Counted from the first letter of the stretch, positions 47,520-58,790 are shown. The stretch is DNA of 64,000 bases from a virus (IMGVR_UViG_3300014205_000182:1-64000); one strand, 5' to 3'. Notes: generated by a model not told the origin, from the sequence alone. Program-made: numbers and translations.

Positions 47520-48338
47520 CTAGGGAATTACTGCCAGAGCCGCAACGCGCTTTGCTTTGCTCTGGGATCGCATTCCATGCTCTACGAGGTAGACGCTTGC
47601 ACGACTGCTCTTACCCTGCACTCCGTTACAGATTCCGCAACGGTCGCACGTAAGCGGGTTCTGCTCTCTGGTAGCAGGACACTGGACCATGCCAGCGGGG
47701 ATCTCAGTACCCTCGGGCACTGCCAGGAATTTACGCCAGCCGAGCATGTCGGCGGTAGCAACATCCCGAGTGGAATCACAGCTTGCCATGATGTTATCGC
47801 GAAACCAGAATGCCGATTCCATGTGGCGTGCGCTCATACCGTCGACGAGATCGGTAATCGGTCCGCACGGAATCGAGCGCCACTGGTGCGTGTACCCGAC
47901 GACACTACGAGGCATGAGAGCAGAGATCAGATCCTGCCAAACCTCGAAGGGAACCGCCATCGGATCCCCGTAGCTACCGAGCCGCAGGCCATGGTCGCGC
48001 GCGTCCTGCGTCATACGGAGGATTTGCGTAGGGTCCGCCCAATTACTGCCAGGGAATCCCGATCGCTCCCACGCAAGCCAAACGCTACGTGGTGCGTGTA
48101 CGATTTGCACGTAGCAATCCCCTCCCAAGGCATGGCGACGAGGACACAGGCCGCACACCGATTCATCGGCTTTCGTAGCTGAAGCTTCAGAGGGATGCAT
48201 ATCGGCACGCATGATCCAAGTCTGAACCATGCTACCCGTCTTGACGTTCGAAGATCCGACGCTTGCCAGGCAAACGATCGGCGAACCATCGATCATGCTC
48301 GGGCCATGGTAGATCACGATGGGAGTGGTCACAAACAT
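47520..48338 (-). CDS. Cys-rich phage protein (gp88-like, possibly Fe-S)
   Basis: GPSMIDGSPIV, NVKTGSMVQTWI, C..CP...CYV, RLGSYGDP, GYTHQW; AGGAG RBS before MFVTT. Confidence 0.7.
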   Translation of the reverse strand: MFVTTPIVIYHGPSMIDGSPIVCLASVGSSNVKTGSMVQTWIMRADMHPSEASATKADESVCGLCPRRHALGGDCYVQIVHAPRSVWLAWERSGFPGSNWADPTQILRMTQDARDHGLRLGSYGDPMAVPFEVWQDLISALMPRSVVGYTHQWRSIPCGPITDLVDGMSARHMESAFWFRDNIMASCDSTRDVATADMLGWRKFLAVPEGTEIPAGMVQCPATREQNPLTCDRCGICNGVQGKSSRASVYLVEHGMRSQSKAKRVAALAVIP

Positions 48339-48699
48339 GCTCCTAGGCAAGAATCTCCGACGATCATTGCGAGAAAAACCGCGACCGACGCGATGGCACG
48401 CGTCCATTTCTGATCCACTAGTTCACTCCAAGATCTTCGACAGGAGGAACCCAGGAATCCGCGTAACCCTCGCGCGTTTCCGGTCCGTTGATCGGTGCAG
48501 CTTGCACGTAGGGGACCGGCTGATCATTCTCGTCGAGAACGGTAACACGAGCAGCAATCGAATTGCTCGCGTTAACCATACCAGCGTCGAGAAGATCCAA
48601 CGCGAATTGCATGAGGATCAGACACCGAGGACAATCACAGTATTTGAGGGACATGGGATCACCTTAGAGACGTGGTGAGATGTTGTCAATGGGCGAAAT

Positions 48700-49169
48700 T
48701 CAGCGAGGAGCGATCACTCGGTGGTTCCACCATGGCGGAAGCTGACGATCTGCCAAACGCAGATGCATCGCGTTGCAAGCGGCAAGCGGTACACCATGCG
48801 TGTTTCGCTTCGCACCGATCGCTGGGTCACAATCTAGCGTCACGATCTCCAATTCGTGACCGTACGCCAAAGCCAGAGCGGCATACGGCGCGATTTCTGC
48901 CACGGTCGTGTTCGTGTTATCGACCACAACATCCGGAATCCAGGTACCGGATTTCCAGTCTGCCGTGATATGTCCCACGAAATCCCGGAGGCATTTTGCG
49001 TGCGCCTTTGACAGTAACATCGCGTTGAAAATTGGCGTAGCTTGCATCTTATCATCGGTGTACAAACCGGGATACTTATCGGCCGAACAAACCAGAGCAT
49101 CCGGTGGTTCTTGCGCGTGTATGTCGACTTACCAGATCCGGGAATGCCGCAAAGAATTGTGATCTTCAT
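48700..49169 (-). pseudogene. AAA_33/PNK-like kinase interrupted by a 1-nt frameshift near 49104
   Basis: GIPGSGKST in one frame; PDALVCSADKY..VVVDNTN..RNTHGVP in the -1 frame. Confidence 0.7.
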
Positions 49170-49315
49170 GTGCAGACCACACTACGCATTGCGGGGATCG
49201 CTGTCAAACGAAAAATCGCCTCCATGGCGAGCTCGAGCGCAACCTGCTGTAATCACTAGCGAATTACGATTGTGTCTTGACAGATCCCTGCGTCGTTTCC
49301 AGAGTGGATCGCACA

Positions 49316-49828
49316 ATGGAAACGCAAAAAATGCTCGTCGAGATCACGATTCCGGCCGACATGTCAGACGGTGAATTGCTGGAGAAAATCCAGGAGCTTG
49401 CGCAGGAATGTGCAGAGGCTTTTTGGGAGGGAGACGAGGATTTCCCATCGACACTGGCAAGTGAAATTTCCGACTCGTGTACGGTAGTTTCTGAGGACAA
49501 CTGGGAGATCGTCTCGCGCGAGTAACTGATCCTTCGTTCAGTGGCTACTCGACCTTCCAGTGACGTGACAAGTAGTCACATACCCTGCCAGTGAAAACCA
49601 AAAGTTAGCTCTGGCATAACGACTGCACAAAGAATCCTCATGACCAATCCCGCCGATAAGAAGCGCGACCACGAAAACACTGCCCTCGCCTGGCTCGCTG
49701 TTTGGCGTACGTGCGACGAAAGCACGATCGGTGCCAAGCAACTTGCTCTGGCTCTGGCAGATCTTCACATGGACGCTGCCGACGAGTGTGCTATTGACGC
49801 ATACTGTCAGGAAGTCAGCGCACGCTAG
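49316..49828 (+). other. Two small hypothetical genes
   Basis: ORFs 49316-49525 (acidic) and 49640-49828. Confidence 0.5.
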
Positions 49829-50323
49829 AAAAACTCGAAATCCTCCGCGCCCGTGCCAAGCGTGCGCAACGTAGCATGGATCGTGCCACGCTCGCCCTGC
49901 AGCGGCACTACGTGAAGTCTGGCATGGATATTGCCAGAGCGGGCGGCGCTCGACGACTTGGCCTAGCAAGCCCCGTGCCAACCGGAAATAAGGAGGTCCT
50001 TATTCAAAATCCGGGCCAAAAGTTGTGGCACGATTTTTGCACCGGCGTGCGGGTCGCGCGGGCGCCCGGCCGGCGCGGCGGTCGACCAAAGCCCGGCACC
50101 TGTTATTTAGGGAGGTCACGTCTGTATATATAGCGCTAGCGCTTATTTACTATATAGGGGCGCCAATTTCCTTATATATAGCGCTGGGTTGTCAATAAAT
50201 GCGCAAGTTGTGCATTAATAGGGTTTGTGTCAGGTTTAGTGTTAGATTTGAGACCCCACCAGGGGGTTTTAGGTGTGGTTTGGATTTCGCCTCAAAATCA
50301 ACACAAATTCCTCCTCTGCCCAG

Positions 50324-50444
50324 AGTGACCTCGGTTAGAAAAGTGACCTTGGTTGGAAAAGTGACCTTGGTTGGAAAAGTGACTCGCGCTAGAAATCTAA
50401 CAGTGACTCACGTTAGAAATCCAGCAGTGACTCGTGTTAGAAAT
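50324..50444 (+). repeat. Iteron-like repeats AGTGAC-N4/5-TT(A/G)GAAA
   Basis: Copies at 50324, 50342, 50360, 50378, 50402, 50426; outliers near 50579 and 50723. Confidence 0.85.
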
Positions 50445-50739
50445 CTCCCATGATTGCTCGCAATCGCGCAAGTGATTCATCGCAGCGTTTCTGCCAGGCG
50501 GTGAACCAGGTTAGAAAATCTTGGTCGGTCTGGATTCTGGTGATGGAAACCACTTCAATAGTTGTTGTAGTTCGCATGAGTGACTTTCGTTAGAAGTTTC
50601 AGGTGCTTTCAAACTTCATTGAAACTTTTAAAAGGTTTGAATGCTATGTAACAAAACGTTACTATTGCTGGGAAAATTGGATCAAATCAAGTACTTAGAC
50701 CTGCTCCAAAATGGAGCAGTTCGTGACCTCGGTTAGAAA

Positions 50740-51576
50740 TTAGTCATCAGCGCTCGTATATCGTTTGGGCTCCCACTTCCTGCTAGAAGAGTTGTACTCC
50801 CAACCAAGATAGGTCATGTCGTTACGTAACACCTGCTGGATTTTCGTAGAACTGATGAACTTACCGTGATACGCAACTACTACATCCTGAAACTTCACCT
50901 GATAAATACCTGCTTTGATGTAGTCGGATAGAACTTTCGCAGTACGTTCTCGACGTAACTTAATCAAGTGAGGGGTGATGGATTTTATTGGAGTATTTCG
51001 TTCTGATGGTGTTTGGTAGTGCTTGTACGGTCTGCCTGTTAAGGTGTGTTTCTTCAACGGGTTCCAGCGCCAGACAGAGTGAATTGTCTTAGATTTTCCT
51101 GAGTCAGACTTCCTGTATTCCAGCATGGGGTACCAGTGAAGGCTATTTAGTAAAATCTCAGGTTCCATGTCCATGTACTGCTTTGGCCATGTACCTGCCC
51201 AGGCTTTCATCGTGAAGGCCGGATTAGCTTGTAGCCACGCTCTACGGTCGTGACCAGGGTTAGGGTCATGGTCGATTAGCACTGGAGTACCCTCCCAGTC
51301 GCTCCTAGTGACCGTGGTTCGATTTTTAGGGTCTGCCGCGTCGTAGTCCGCCACCCACTTCCAAATCTGCTCAGGCGTCAGCTTATCGACGCCCCAGGTC
51401 CACGCGTGCTCCGAAAGCTTGGCCAGGTCGTTGACCATCTCAGCCGTAGGATTATTAGACGACATTGCCAATTCTAAGGTACCTGTCGAGACACCTAGCG
51501 CTCTGGCTATGACAGGCACTGTCAGTTTGCCTTGACAGAAATGTTTGAGTAAGTGGAGTCCGAATGATTCAGTCAT
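50740..51576 (-). CDS. Hypothetical DNA-binding protein with an N-terminal HTH-like segment
   Basis: IARALGVSTGTL; basic C-terminus; adjacent to the repeats. Confidence 0.6.
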   Translation of the reverse strand: MTESFGLHLLKHFCQGKLTVPVIARALGVSTGTLELAMSSNNPTAEMVNDLAKLSEHAWTWGVDKLTPEQIWKWVADYDAADPKNRTTVTRSDWEGTPVLIDHDPNPGHDRRAWLQANPAFTMKAWAGTWPKQYMDMEPEILLNSLHWYPMLEYRKSDSGKSKTIHSVWRWNPLKKHTLTGRPYKHYQTPSERNTPIKSITPHLIKLRRERTAKVLSDYIKAGIYQVKFQDVVVAYHGKFISSTKIQQVLRNDMTYLGWEYNSSSRKWEPKRYTSADD

Positions 51577-51822
51577 ACCTGTGTAACTGCCGAAGGTGAG
51601 CTATGACTCCCACGAAGGTATGACACGCGAAACTCCAGGATCGGAGGTTCTACAAATCCTAGCCATAACAGATTGCAGAGATCGTTGTAAGCCAGCTTAC
51701 TACACAACATGCAATCTATTCTCCATACACTTTGTACGAATGATAGGTAAGTAGTTCTTTGGGTCATAGCTTCGTCGATTAATTATTGCACAGTTTGCGC
51801 AAGAATCTCTAGAATTCGAGAA

Positions 51823-52889
51823 TCAATCAGCTTTCTCAGACGGCGTAATTTCACCCTCGTTGGAGAATTTCTCCATTTGATTTATCTTCGCCCTATCTAT
51901 TTTTATTCTCTCCATCAAAGAATTAAATGTCGCCTCGGAAATAATATCTTGCTGGTACATTTCCCTGGCGAGATTAATCATTTCCTCAATCGGGTCATCC
52001 AATTCCATCGAAAATACCTTTCTTAGGCGGTCGCCGATAATCCCTCAATGCTCGAAATGCCCTGACTTGCACACCATGTGCATTAATTGCTGCGTCAGTC
52101 AAAGGCTTGACCTTGCACTCACAGGAGTTCTTCACAGCATCCTGTCGCTTACTCGCGGCTTCGAAAGCTGCCTGCCGAGCGTCAAGATACGCGTCTACCA
52201 GAATTTCGAGCTTACTCTTACCCATATCCAATTACACCCTTCGGAAACGTGAACCCAGCCTCGATTAGCAATTTCTCCAGCTTCTCCAGCCTGGCAAGAC
52301 GCAGGTCATTCCAGCGGTTATGATCCTGCACCCTCGTATTCTCGTGGTCAAGGTCTCGCAGAAAATCAAGCAAACGCTCGACGTGATCCACGTAATTACG
52401 AGCCCTATCGAGACTGTTCCCTAGCTGAACAGCCCGAATCTCGTCCTGAAGTTTACGAACCGCTTCCCAGGTTTCGTCAGTCATGTGTCCTCCTTCGGAG
52501 CAGGTCAGCAACAACCTGTGCATCCGTCTTTCCAAACAAATCTGCGACCAGTGATGCAGTAACCGATAGTGATGCATCCGACCCATCATCCAGCCAGTCG
52601 CAGTCGTCGTTATCCAGCAACCACTGAATGGCCTCGCGATAGCCGGGTCTCTTCACACCGCCACCAGGTTCATCTGCAACTGCGCCCGACGATTCCACTC
52701 GCGGTCACACTTACCGCAGTAAAAATGAACATCAACAACCATCAGTGGTGCCAAGCGAGGGTAAGACAGATAACTCTCGTCCGAGTAATCAGTCTCAACA
52801 ACCTCCCCACACTTGCAAGTGTCCGTACACTTGAATGGCAGATGCTGGCGCTTGTCACCCTCGACCGCGTCCGTACTTTCGATCTTCAT
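51823..52889 (-). other. Five small hypothetical genes
   Basis: Overlapping-stop ORFs at 51823, 51995, 52218, 52477 and 52653. Confidence 0.55.
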
Positions 52890-52909
52890 GTAATGAAGGT
52901 AATCACGTC

Positions 52910-53539
52910 TTAAGGTGCGTCAAGAGGTAAAACCAGAGAGTACAGAGCATCCCTAAAAGCCACAGGTGTCAGCAATTTCTCAGAGCGCAAGAGTCGAGCA
53001 ACCGGCTTCTTACCAGCGTCCCTAGCAGCCCTACGTTCCTCTGCCGTGTGGAACCCCTCGTCCAAGCGTACGCCAGAGCTAGGACCCCAGATCAAATCAG
53101 CGGGCTTAGGGCCAACGTAATAAAGCCACGTGGCCTTACGAGCACGGTGACCGTAGTGCCCTTGCTCGACGCAACACACCCACCCCTCGGGCGCAGGAAT
53201 CCACCCACCCGTCTTAGGTGGTGCCGGTAATCCAAAGGCAGCAAAAGCATGACTAGCCTCAGGATGTTCCAGAACACCACCGTAACGTCGCACACTAGCG
53301 AGAGCGGATGCGAAACACCCACCATCATCGCCTAACACTCTCCGAACTTTAACCGAAGGACCACCGAACCAGTAACGCCCCCACCGCTCACACGGAGGAT
53401 GCGCTATCACTGGCCCAGGACCGGCGTACAACCGAGCATCACGAGAAATGTCCCACAAGTCTACCGGTAACGCCGAGTAGGGTCCACGTTTCTCAACAAA
53501 CAGGGCAGCAATCACCCTCCATTGTAGCAGCCCTGACAT
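52910..53539 (-). CDS. DNA cytosine methyltransferase-like protein
   Basis: AALFV, PVIAHPPC, VLEHP, GHRARKATWL. Confidence 0.7.
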   Translation of the reverse strand: MSGLLQWRVIAALFVEKRGPYSALPVDLWDISRDARLYAGPGPVIAHPPCERWGRYWFGGPSVKVRRVLGDDGGCFASALASVRRYGGVLEHPEASHAFAAFGLPAPPKTGGWIPAPEGWVCCVEQGHYGHRARKATWLYYVGPKPADLIWGPSSGVRLDEGFHTAEERRAARDAGKKPVARLLRSEKLLTPVAFRDALYSLVLPLDAP

Positions 53540-53542
53540 AGG

Positions 53543-53797
53543 TTACCGATAAATAGCGGTAACCGACCGACCTAGAGCAGCCACCGACTCAGCGTAAACA
53601 ACGAGAGCGTCGTGGTAAGAATTGCTAGCCATTAGGACAGCATTCGCACGCTTCTCGATGACAGCCTCGTCGCCAGAGTAAGCCTTCGCGGACGCAAAAT
53701 CCAGCTTAGCCTTGTTGAAGGCGACGCGAGCCACCTCCACAGAATTTTCAGTAAGGGTCAATTCTTCGTATGCTTGAGCGGCTGACATCTTGTGCAT
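53543..53797 (-). CDS. Hypothetical protein (leaderless)
   Basis: TTGACA-17-TAGGTT-6-ATG. Confidence 0.6.
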   Translation of the reverse strand: MHKMSAAQAYEELTLTENSVEVARVAFNKAKLDFASAKAYSGDEAVIEKRANAVLMASNSYHDALVVYAESVAALGRSVTAIYR

Positions 53798-53828
53798 ACA
53801 AGCAACCTAAGCACGCTAGAGCCCACTG

Positions 53829-54224
53829 TCAATTGACGAAAGTGACTTCGAACCCGATCTTAGCCAGCAACTCCACGATACGCTTCTCGCGAGCAGCCTC
53901 AAACTCTTCCTCAGTCAGAGTCATATCGGAATCTGCATAGCGCTGGTCGTTGGCCTGAAAAGCCTCGTACACATCCCAGTTCTCGTACTTAGACGGTTCG
54001 TCCAAGTGCCTAGGGATAAACAGCGGCTCAATATTCGGCTTTCTACCGAACATATCAGTAACCTGCTTAACCGTGCTCTTGTTCTCGATGTTCACCGGAG
54101 CATACCCGGCAGCCAGGCAAGCAAAGCCCAGGCAGCACATCTTCCCGTCCGACGGACGCAAAAGACGCGACGCATCAGAACCCTCACCGCGAAGCCACTT
54201 TGTGCGATCAATTTCAAGTTTCAT
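53829..54224 (-). CDS. Hypothetical protein, paralog of 40144-40503 (leaderless)
   Basis: Shared MCCLG block; TTGACA-16-TAGGTT-6-ATG. Confidence 0.72.
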   Translation of the reverse strand: MKLEIDRTKWLRGEGSDASRLLRPSDGKMCCLGFACLAAGYAPVNIENKSTVKQVTDMFGRKPNIEPLFIPRHLDEPSKYENWDVYEAFQANDQRYADSDMTLTEEEFEAAREKRIVELLAKIGFEVTFVN

Positions 54225-54254
54225 AGCATGAACCTAAGCACGAAAGAGCAGCTG

Positions 54255-54867
54255 TCAACCGTCAACATACTCCGGTCGACAAGAAGCCTTGCAGAAGCAG
54301 CGCGAACCTAGATAAGCAGGCCCACCACATCCGTAGCACTTATGTGGCCACTTATTCTCCGTCTTAGCAACCGTTTTTTCGACCGGAGCAACAGAATCCC
54401 ACCTCGGGATAAACGTCACCGGAGTAGTGCTTTTTGTTGCCCAGTGATCTCCTTGGAACCAACCCGTCCTACCGTCGTTACTAGGAAAACCAGCCGGTAG
54501 AGTATCTATACAATAGTAGAACTTGCTTGGCTTTTCCGGGTAGAAGTAACACTCACCGAGCTTGACATCGCTTCGTGTAGAAGTGCCCGAAGTACGAAGG
54601 CTCACCGGTGGTGCAGAAGTAATGCTCACCGCAGGTGCGGCAGAGTAATGTGGAATCAACTCCACCAGCGCAGAGCCGTCATACCCAGCATCGTACTGAA
54701 GCTTACCAGGACCGTGTGAGTTACTCCAGTACCCCATTAGGCAACGCAGGCACACCCTTACCGGCGATAAGCATCTCAATGCAAACACCCTGCTGGGTAC
54801 CGCCCATGTGCTTGTAACACTCACCAGGCAGAACTTCATCACGACGCACGACACCAATTCTACTCAC
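54255..54867 (-). pseudogene. Repeat-family protein with a Zn-ribbon tail, +1 frameshift at GGGG 54732-54735
   Basis: GTG 54867 gives RRDEVLPGECYKH; removing one G joins it to ..GYWSN..LRTSG..RSDVKLGECYFY..FIPRWD..KWPHKCYGC. Confidence 0.65.
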
Positions 54868-55085
54868 GGCAACTCCTTCACAAACACGAGCACTGCATCC
54901 GCGTGATTACGCAGACGATCAGCATACAACCCGGCAGCAATGCGCAGATTCTCCTTCGCCTGCGACTGAATCAGCGGCGAGAGCCCCCAATTCTTGGCAT
55001 TCGAATACGCACACTGTGCGGAATGAAACCCAGCCTTAGCAAAGCCGAGGATCTCGATCGACTCGAAGTAGTTATCCATCGTCAT
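54864..55085 (-). CDS. Hypothetical protein (leaderless)
   Basis: TAAGGT-6-ATG. Confidence 0.55.
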   Translation of the reverse strand: MTMDNYFESIEILGFAKAGFHSAQCAYSNAKNWGLSPLIQSQAKENLRIAAGLYADRLRNHADAVLVFVKELP

Positions 55086-55214
55086 ACACCCACCTTAAGC
55101 ATCGCCTTAGCGAGCGCAAGCCTAAATCCGGTTAAATGTGACTCCTCAGACAGAGTCATCACCCACGGCACAGACGAAGCCAGCAATCCAAAGACGACAT
55201 CGGCATCCCAGGTT

Positions 55215-55925
55215 TTACGCAGCACGACGCCGATCCCCTACGCGTGACTTCTCAGCCCAACGCTCACGAACCAGTACCGCAAGGTCAGCAACCGGCGTAC
55301 TATCAACAGGCCAACCAAAGAACTCATCTTCACCGGGCCAATTGTCACACCCGTCATAGTAAACACCAGAGCACTCGTCGCACGTACAACCAACGTGATC
55401 ACTGGTAGCGTAATAGTGCTCCACAGATAGCATCGACATACGATGCTCGTACTCTTGTTCCTCAACAGACACAGGAGCGTCAACACGACCCTCCAACCAG
55501 AGAGGCACCCATTCAGGATCCCTGGGCTCTACACGGTCACGCCAATGATCGTAGTCGTCATCGTAAGGACTATAGTCGTAATCCCAACACCGGTCACAAT
55601 CGCAACCATCATAACAACCACAATACTTACAAGAGTCAGAACCATAACGCAGGTACGACTGATAACCCTCGTCAGCGTAGCGCTGATATTGCTGCTCAAG
55701 CGCCAGAGCAGCGACCTTACCGTAACGTGTGAAGACATCAGCCCAGCAATCGGCACCTTCTGGCAGAGCCATGTCCACTAGCTCTGATTGAACGTCGACC
55801 GAACGACGAACATCGCGAGGAGCATCAGAGAAAGGCAGGACGTTCCTACGCATCCACCGACGTCCAGCAAGCTTTGGAGTACCCTCACCGCGAATGTGAA
55901 CATCAGGGTGCTTGGTGCGACTCAT
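55215..55925 (-). CDS. Hypothetical Asp/Tyr/Cys-rich protein (leaderless)
   Basis: TAGGTT-6-ATG; CxxCGCxxGCxC. Confidence 0.65.
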   Translation of the reverse strand: MSRTKHPDVHIRGEGTPKLAGRRWMRRNVLPFSDAPRDVRRSVDVQSELVDMALPEGADCWADVFTRYGKVAALALEQQYQRYADEGYQSYLRYGSDSCKYCGCYDGCDCDRCWDYDYSPYDDDYDHWRDRVEPRDPEWVPLWLEGRVDAPVSVEEQEYEHRMSMLSVEHYYATSDHVGCTCDECSGVYYDGCDNWPGEDEFFGWPVDSTPVADLAVLVRERWAEKSRVGDRRRAA

Positions 55926-55985
55926 ATGATCAACCTAAGCACTCAGAGGAGTGCGTGCAAGAGCCATCGGCGCCAATTAACGAAA

Positions 55986-56504
55986 TTACTCCAACCCGCG
56001 CCAGCACCGCCGTAAATACTTACGCAGCCGACGCAGACGCAGAGTTTCCTCAGCAGCAGCACGCCGAGCCCGAGTAACTTCAGTAGGGATGCCCGTGTTA
56101 TACGGAGCCCAAGGATCCATTCCCCAGTCTGCCACAGGTGTTAGCCACGCAGCATCAATCAGAACCACACGTGGCTTACGTACCCAGTTAAACCGACGGT
56201 CGCGAAGCACACGAACCTTACACAGGTCGCTGGTACCCTTGCGACGCTCCCGAGAAACGACAATACCATAACCCTTGAGACATCGCAGGCGTACAAATTC
56301 CATCTTAGTGCGCCCCGCTCGTGCAAGTGCCTCGGACTTAACCCAGTGACCAAGACGATGCCAGAACCAAATGAAGTACTGCCACTGCTGACACTCTTCT
56401 GCGTATAGGCCACCAATGCGTGCCCACATGATACGCGTGTCCCACCAGTAAGTAAACTCCGGTGAGCCTCTGAGGGGAGCAGGACCTATCCAGAACGGAA
56501 TCAT
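55986..56504 (-). CDS. Hypothetical Trp/Arg-rich protein (leaderless)
   Basis: TTGACA-16-TAATGT-6-ATG. Confidence 0.6.
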   Translation of the reverse strand: MIPFWIGPAPLRGSPEFTYWWDTRIMWARIGGLYAEECQQWQYFIWFWHRLGHWVKSEALARAGRTKMEFVRLRCLKGYGIVVSRERRKGTSDLCKVRVLRDRRFNWVRKPRVVLIDAAWLTPVADWGMDPWAPYNTGIPTEVTRARRAAAEETLRLRRLRKYLRRCWRGLE

Positions 56505-56788
56505 ACACCTACATTAAGCACTGGTTAGCGTTTGTCAACGCACCAACGAACCAACCAGTACAAACGAACCGCGCATAAGTTCACGGTGCTGGTAGGTAAG
56601 TGTAGGACGAACAGTAGTACGCCAACCTTCACGTGACCAGGTGGCCGTCGGTAGAGGCGTCATGAGCATCACAGAGACGTGGTCAAACCCCTCGATAGAA
56701 TCAGCGAAAGTCATCGCCGATTCAAAATCGGAACCGGCCCAAGCAATGTCATCGCCTTCGTAAACATAACCCGTATAGACCACGTAAA

Positions 56789-57079
56789 TCATTGCCACAC
56801 CATAAGAAGCATAAGAGCCTTAGCCCGCTTCGAAGGCTCAGCAGTGAGAAATCCCCTGCCTCTGCCCTTGGAGTAATCAGGCACCGTAGTAAACTGCGAA
56901 GCAGTAGGGTCAACAATCACCGACGTTTCAATCCCGAGCCCGTCAGTCTTGGTAGTAAGCACCAGATACCAGTGAACATCACCCTCATGCCTGACAGTAT
57001 GTGGAACATACCCAGCCTTCTTACCACCGAGCAAGTGATAAAGAGCCTCGCAGGTTACGTAGCAATTACCGCGCGGCAT
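56789..57079 (-). CDS. Permuted papain-like protein
   Basis: GNCYVTCEALY...HWYL...VDPTASQF (Cys-His-Asp). Confidence 0.6.
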   Translation of the reverse strand: MPRGNCYVTCEALYHLLGGKKAGYVPHTVRHEGDVHWYLVLTTKTDGLGIETSVIVDPTASQFTTVPDYSKGRGRGFLTAEPSKRAKALMLLMVWQ

Positions 57080-57176
57080 CACACCCTCGGTAGGCTGCGA
57101 ATGAACTTTGCGATCTTGTAGTCCATATAACGTGCGCCAAGAAAAAACCCTAGCGCGAAGGAAACAACGACCAGCA

Positions 57177-57479
57177 TCACCGCTGACCACGAGGAACAAA
57201 CGTGCCCAGCCGAACACACTCGGCGCGGTGAACGTCGCAGAGATCCTTGCTGACACGCAGCCCCGGCATCTGACCGTCAACGAGAACGCGACCACGGTAC
57301 GACTTGATAGCCGGGATCATCATGTCGAACTGCACCATACGCTTCTCGTCATCGCTGAGCGCAGGCCACTTAGGCTCAGGAGGGTTACGACGAAGAAGCT
57401 CTGCCGCCACTTCGTCGCGAAGCAATTCGAGGGTCCAATCGGGGAGGTTCTTGATGTCCAGAGTCGTTGTGATCAGCAT
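57177..57479 (-). CDS. Protein with an L7/L12 C-terminal-like motif (leaderless)
   Basis: IPAIKSYR...GLRVSKDLCD; TTGACA-17-TAAGGT-6-ATG. Confidence 0.5.
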   Translation of the reverse strand: MLITTTLDIKNLPDWTLELLRDEVAAELLRRNPPEPKWPALSDDEKRMVQFDMMIPAIKSYRGRVLVDGQMPGLRVSKDLCDVHRAECVRLGTFVPRGQR

Positions 57480-58025
57480 ACATTTACCTTAATCATCGCT
57501 GGTAGAGGTGTCAAGGTACCAGGCCAGTGCAGCCTCGTAATCCTCAACCGACTTCTTATCGTCGTAGCTAGTGACATAAAACGAGCCAGGCATCGAAGGC
57601 TTTACCTTCTCACGAGCCAACCGCAACCGTTCCTCTAACACACCCAATTGCTTGGCAGCAGCCAGCGGAACAACTACCTGGAGAATCCGGACCAGCTGCC
57701 CAGTCCAATACATCTTCTCGTACGGGCTAGCCGGGTAGTCTGCGAAACCAAAGCGGTTGACGGTCATACATACCTCCGCATAGGAATCTGACCACAGCAC
57801 TCACACCTATCAGGCTCCTCGTTAACCTGAACGTCATGCCGCCCATTAATGAACACACACCACACCGGCTCGTCCGATTCGTCCGATGGTTCGAATCGAA
57901 TCTCGATGTCGTTACGCACGAAATCATCGTCCCAATCACAATAAAGGAACATGTCCCTTGCGATAATTAGAGCAACGTCCAAGCTAGGAATGCCCATCCC
58001 AGCAGGACCGCCCATCGTATCGATG

Positions 58026-58526
58026 CTATAGGTCTTCATCACAACTCCCACAACCCAGTAAACACGCAGCAGCCTTGACGTCAAGCTCAGTTATCACATC
58101 TGAAGTGGGTTCCGGTGTCATAATCGACGCCCCGTGGATGCTGTCGGAGTGTCCCAGACCGATAGCATGACCAAACTCGTGTAAAAGAATGGCCGGGTGG
58201 TCCAGCAAACGGTGATTGATGATGAAGAATGGGACACGCACCTTGATCCCGTCCGAAGTAGTAACGCCTCTAATATTGCTATTAGCAGGCCAATTACTGT
58301 ACCTCACCAGCGTCACAGGGTTCCCGTTAGCCCCCATGACAAAAGGCGCAGTACACCCCACGTTGACCATGACCGTGTTCCAGGAATCCATGTCCTTAGT
58401 TACTTGCTCAGACCACCCTGTGGTGTGTTCAGGGTATTCTGAGTGGGCAGTAACGATGGCAGTAGGGACATCATCCCACGCATAATCTGTGGTGCAAGAC
58501 GCTAACAAAAGAAGTAGAACTCTCAT
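58026..58526 (-). CDS. Metzincin (matrixin-like) metalloprotease lipoprotein
   Basis: Lipobox LASC; HEFGHAIGLGH; SIM Met-turn. Confidence 0.85.
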   Translation of the reverse strand: MRVLLLLLASCTTDYAWDDVPTAIVTAHSEYPEHTTGWSEQVTKDMDSWNTVMVNVGCTAPFVMGANGNPVTLVRYSNWPANSNIRGVTTSDGIKVRVPFFIINHRLLDHPAILLHEFGHAIGLGHSDSIHGASIMTPEPTSDVITELDVKAAACLLGCGSCDEDL

Positions 58527-58790
58527 TGGTTTGCCTTGAACCACCACGACCACGCAGAGCGTCGCAGAGGTTCGTAAATGGTGACCTGCTTCAAAGCGTA
58601 CGCAGCTTCGGCCTGCTCAAACCGGGTATCAGGGGGCGACATCTCAGGATCGAACCTGATCTCTCCACAAACTGCACACTCTTGCGCAGCAGAACCACGG
58701 TAGATGGGATCGTTGTGTCCGCAGGGCCAGGGCTGTTCGAACCATTCACTCATGCAATGAACGTAATCACCCTACAGCCCGACGCAAGAG

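Noticed and set aside
54738-54857. ORF-track N-terminus MVSCVVMKFC...
   Set aside because: The alternative frame from GTG 54867 matches the repeat family and is coupled to the upstream stop
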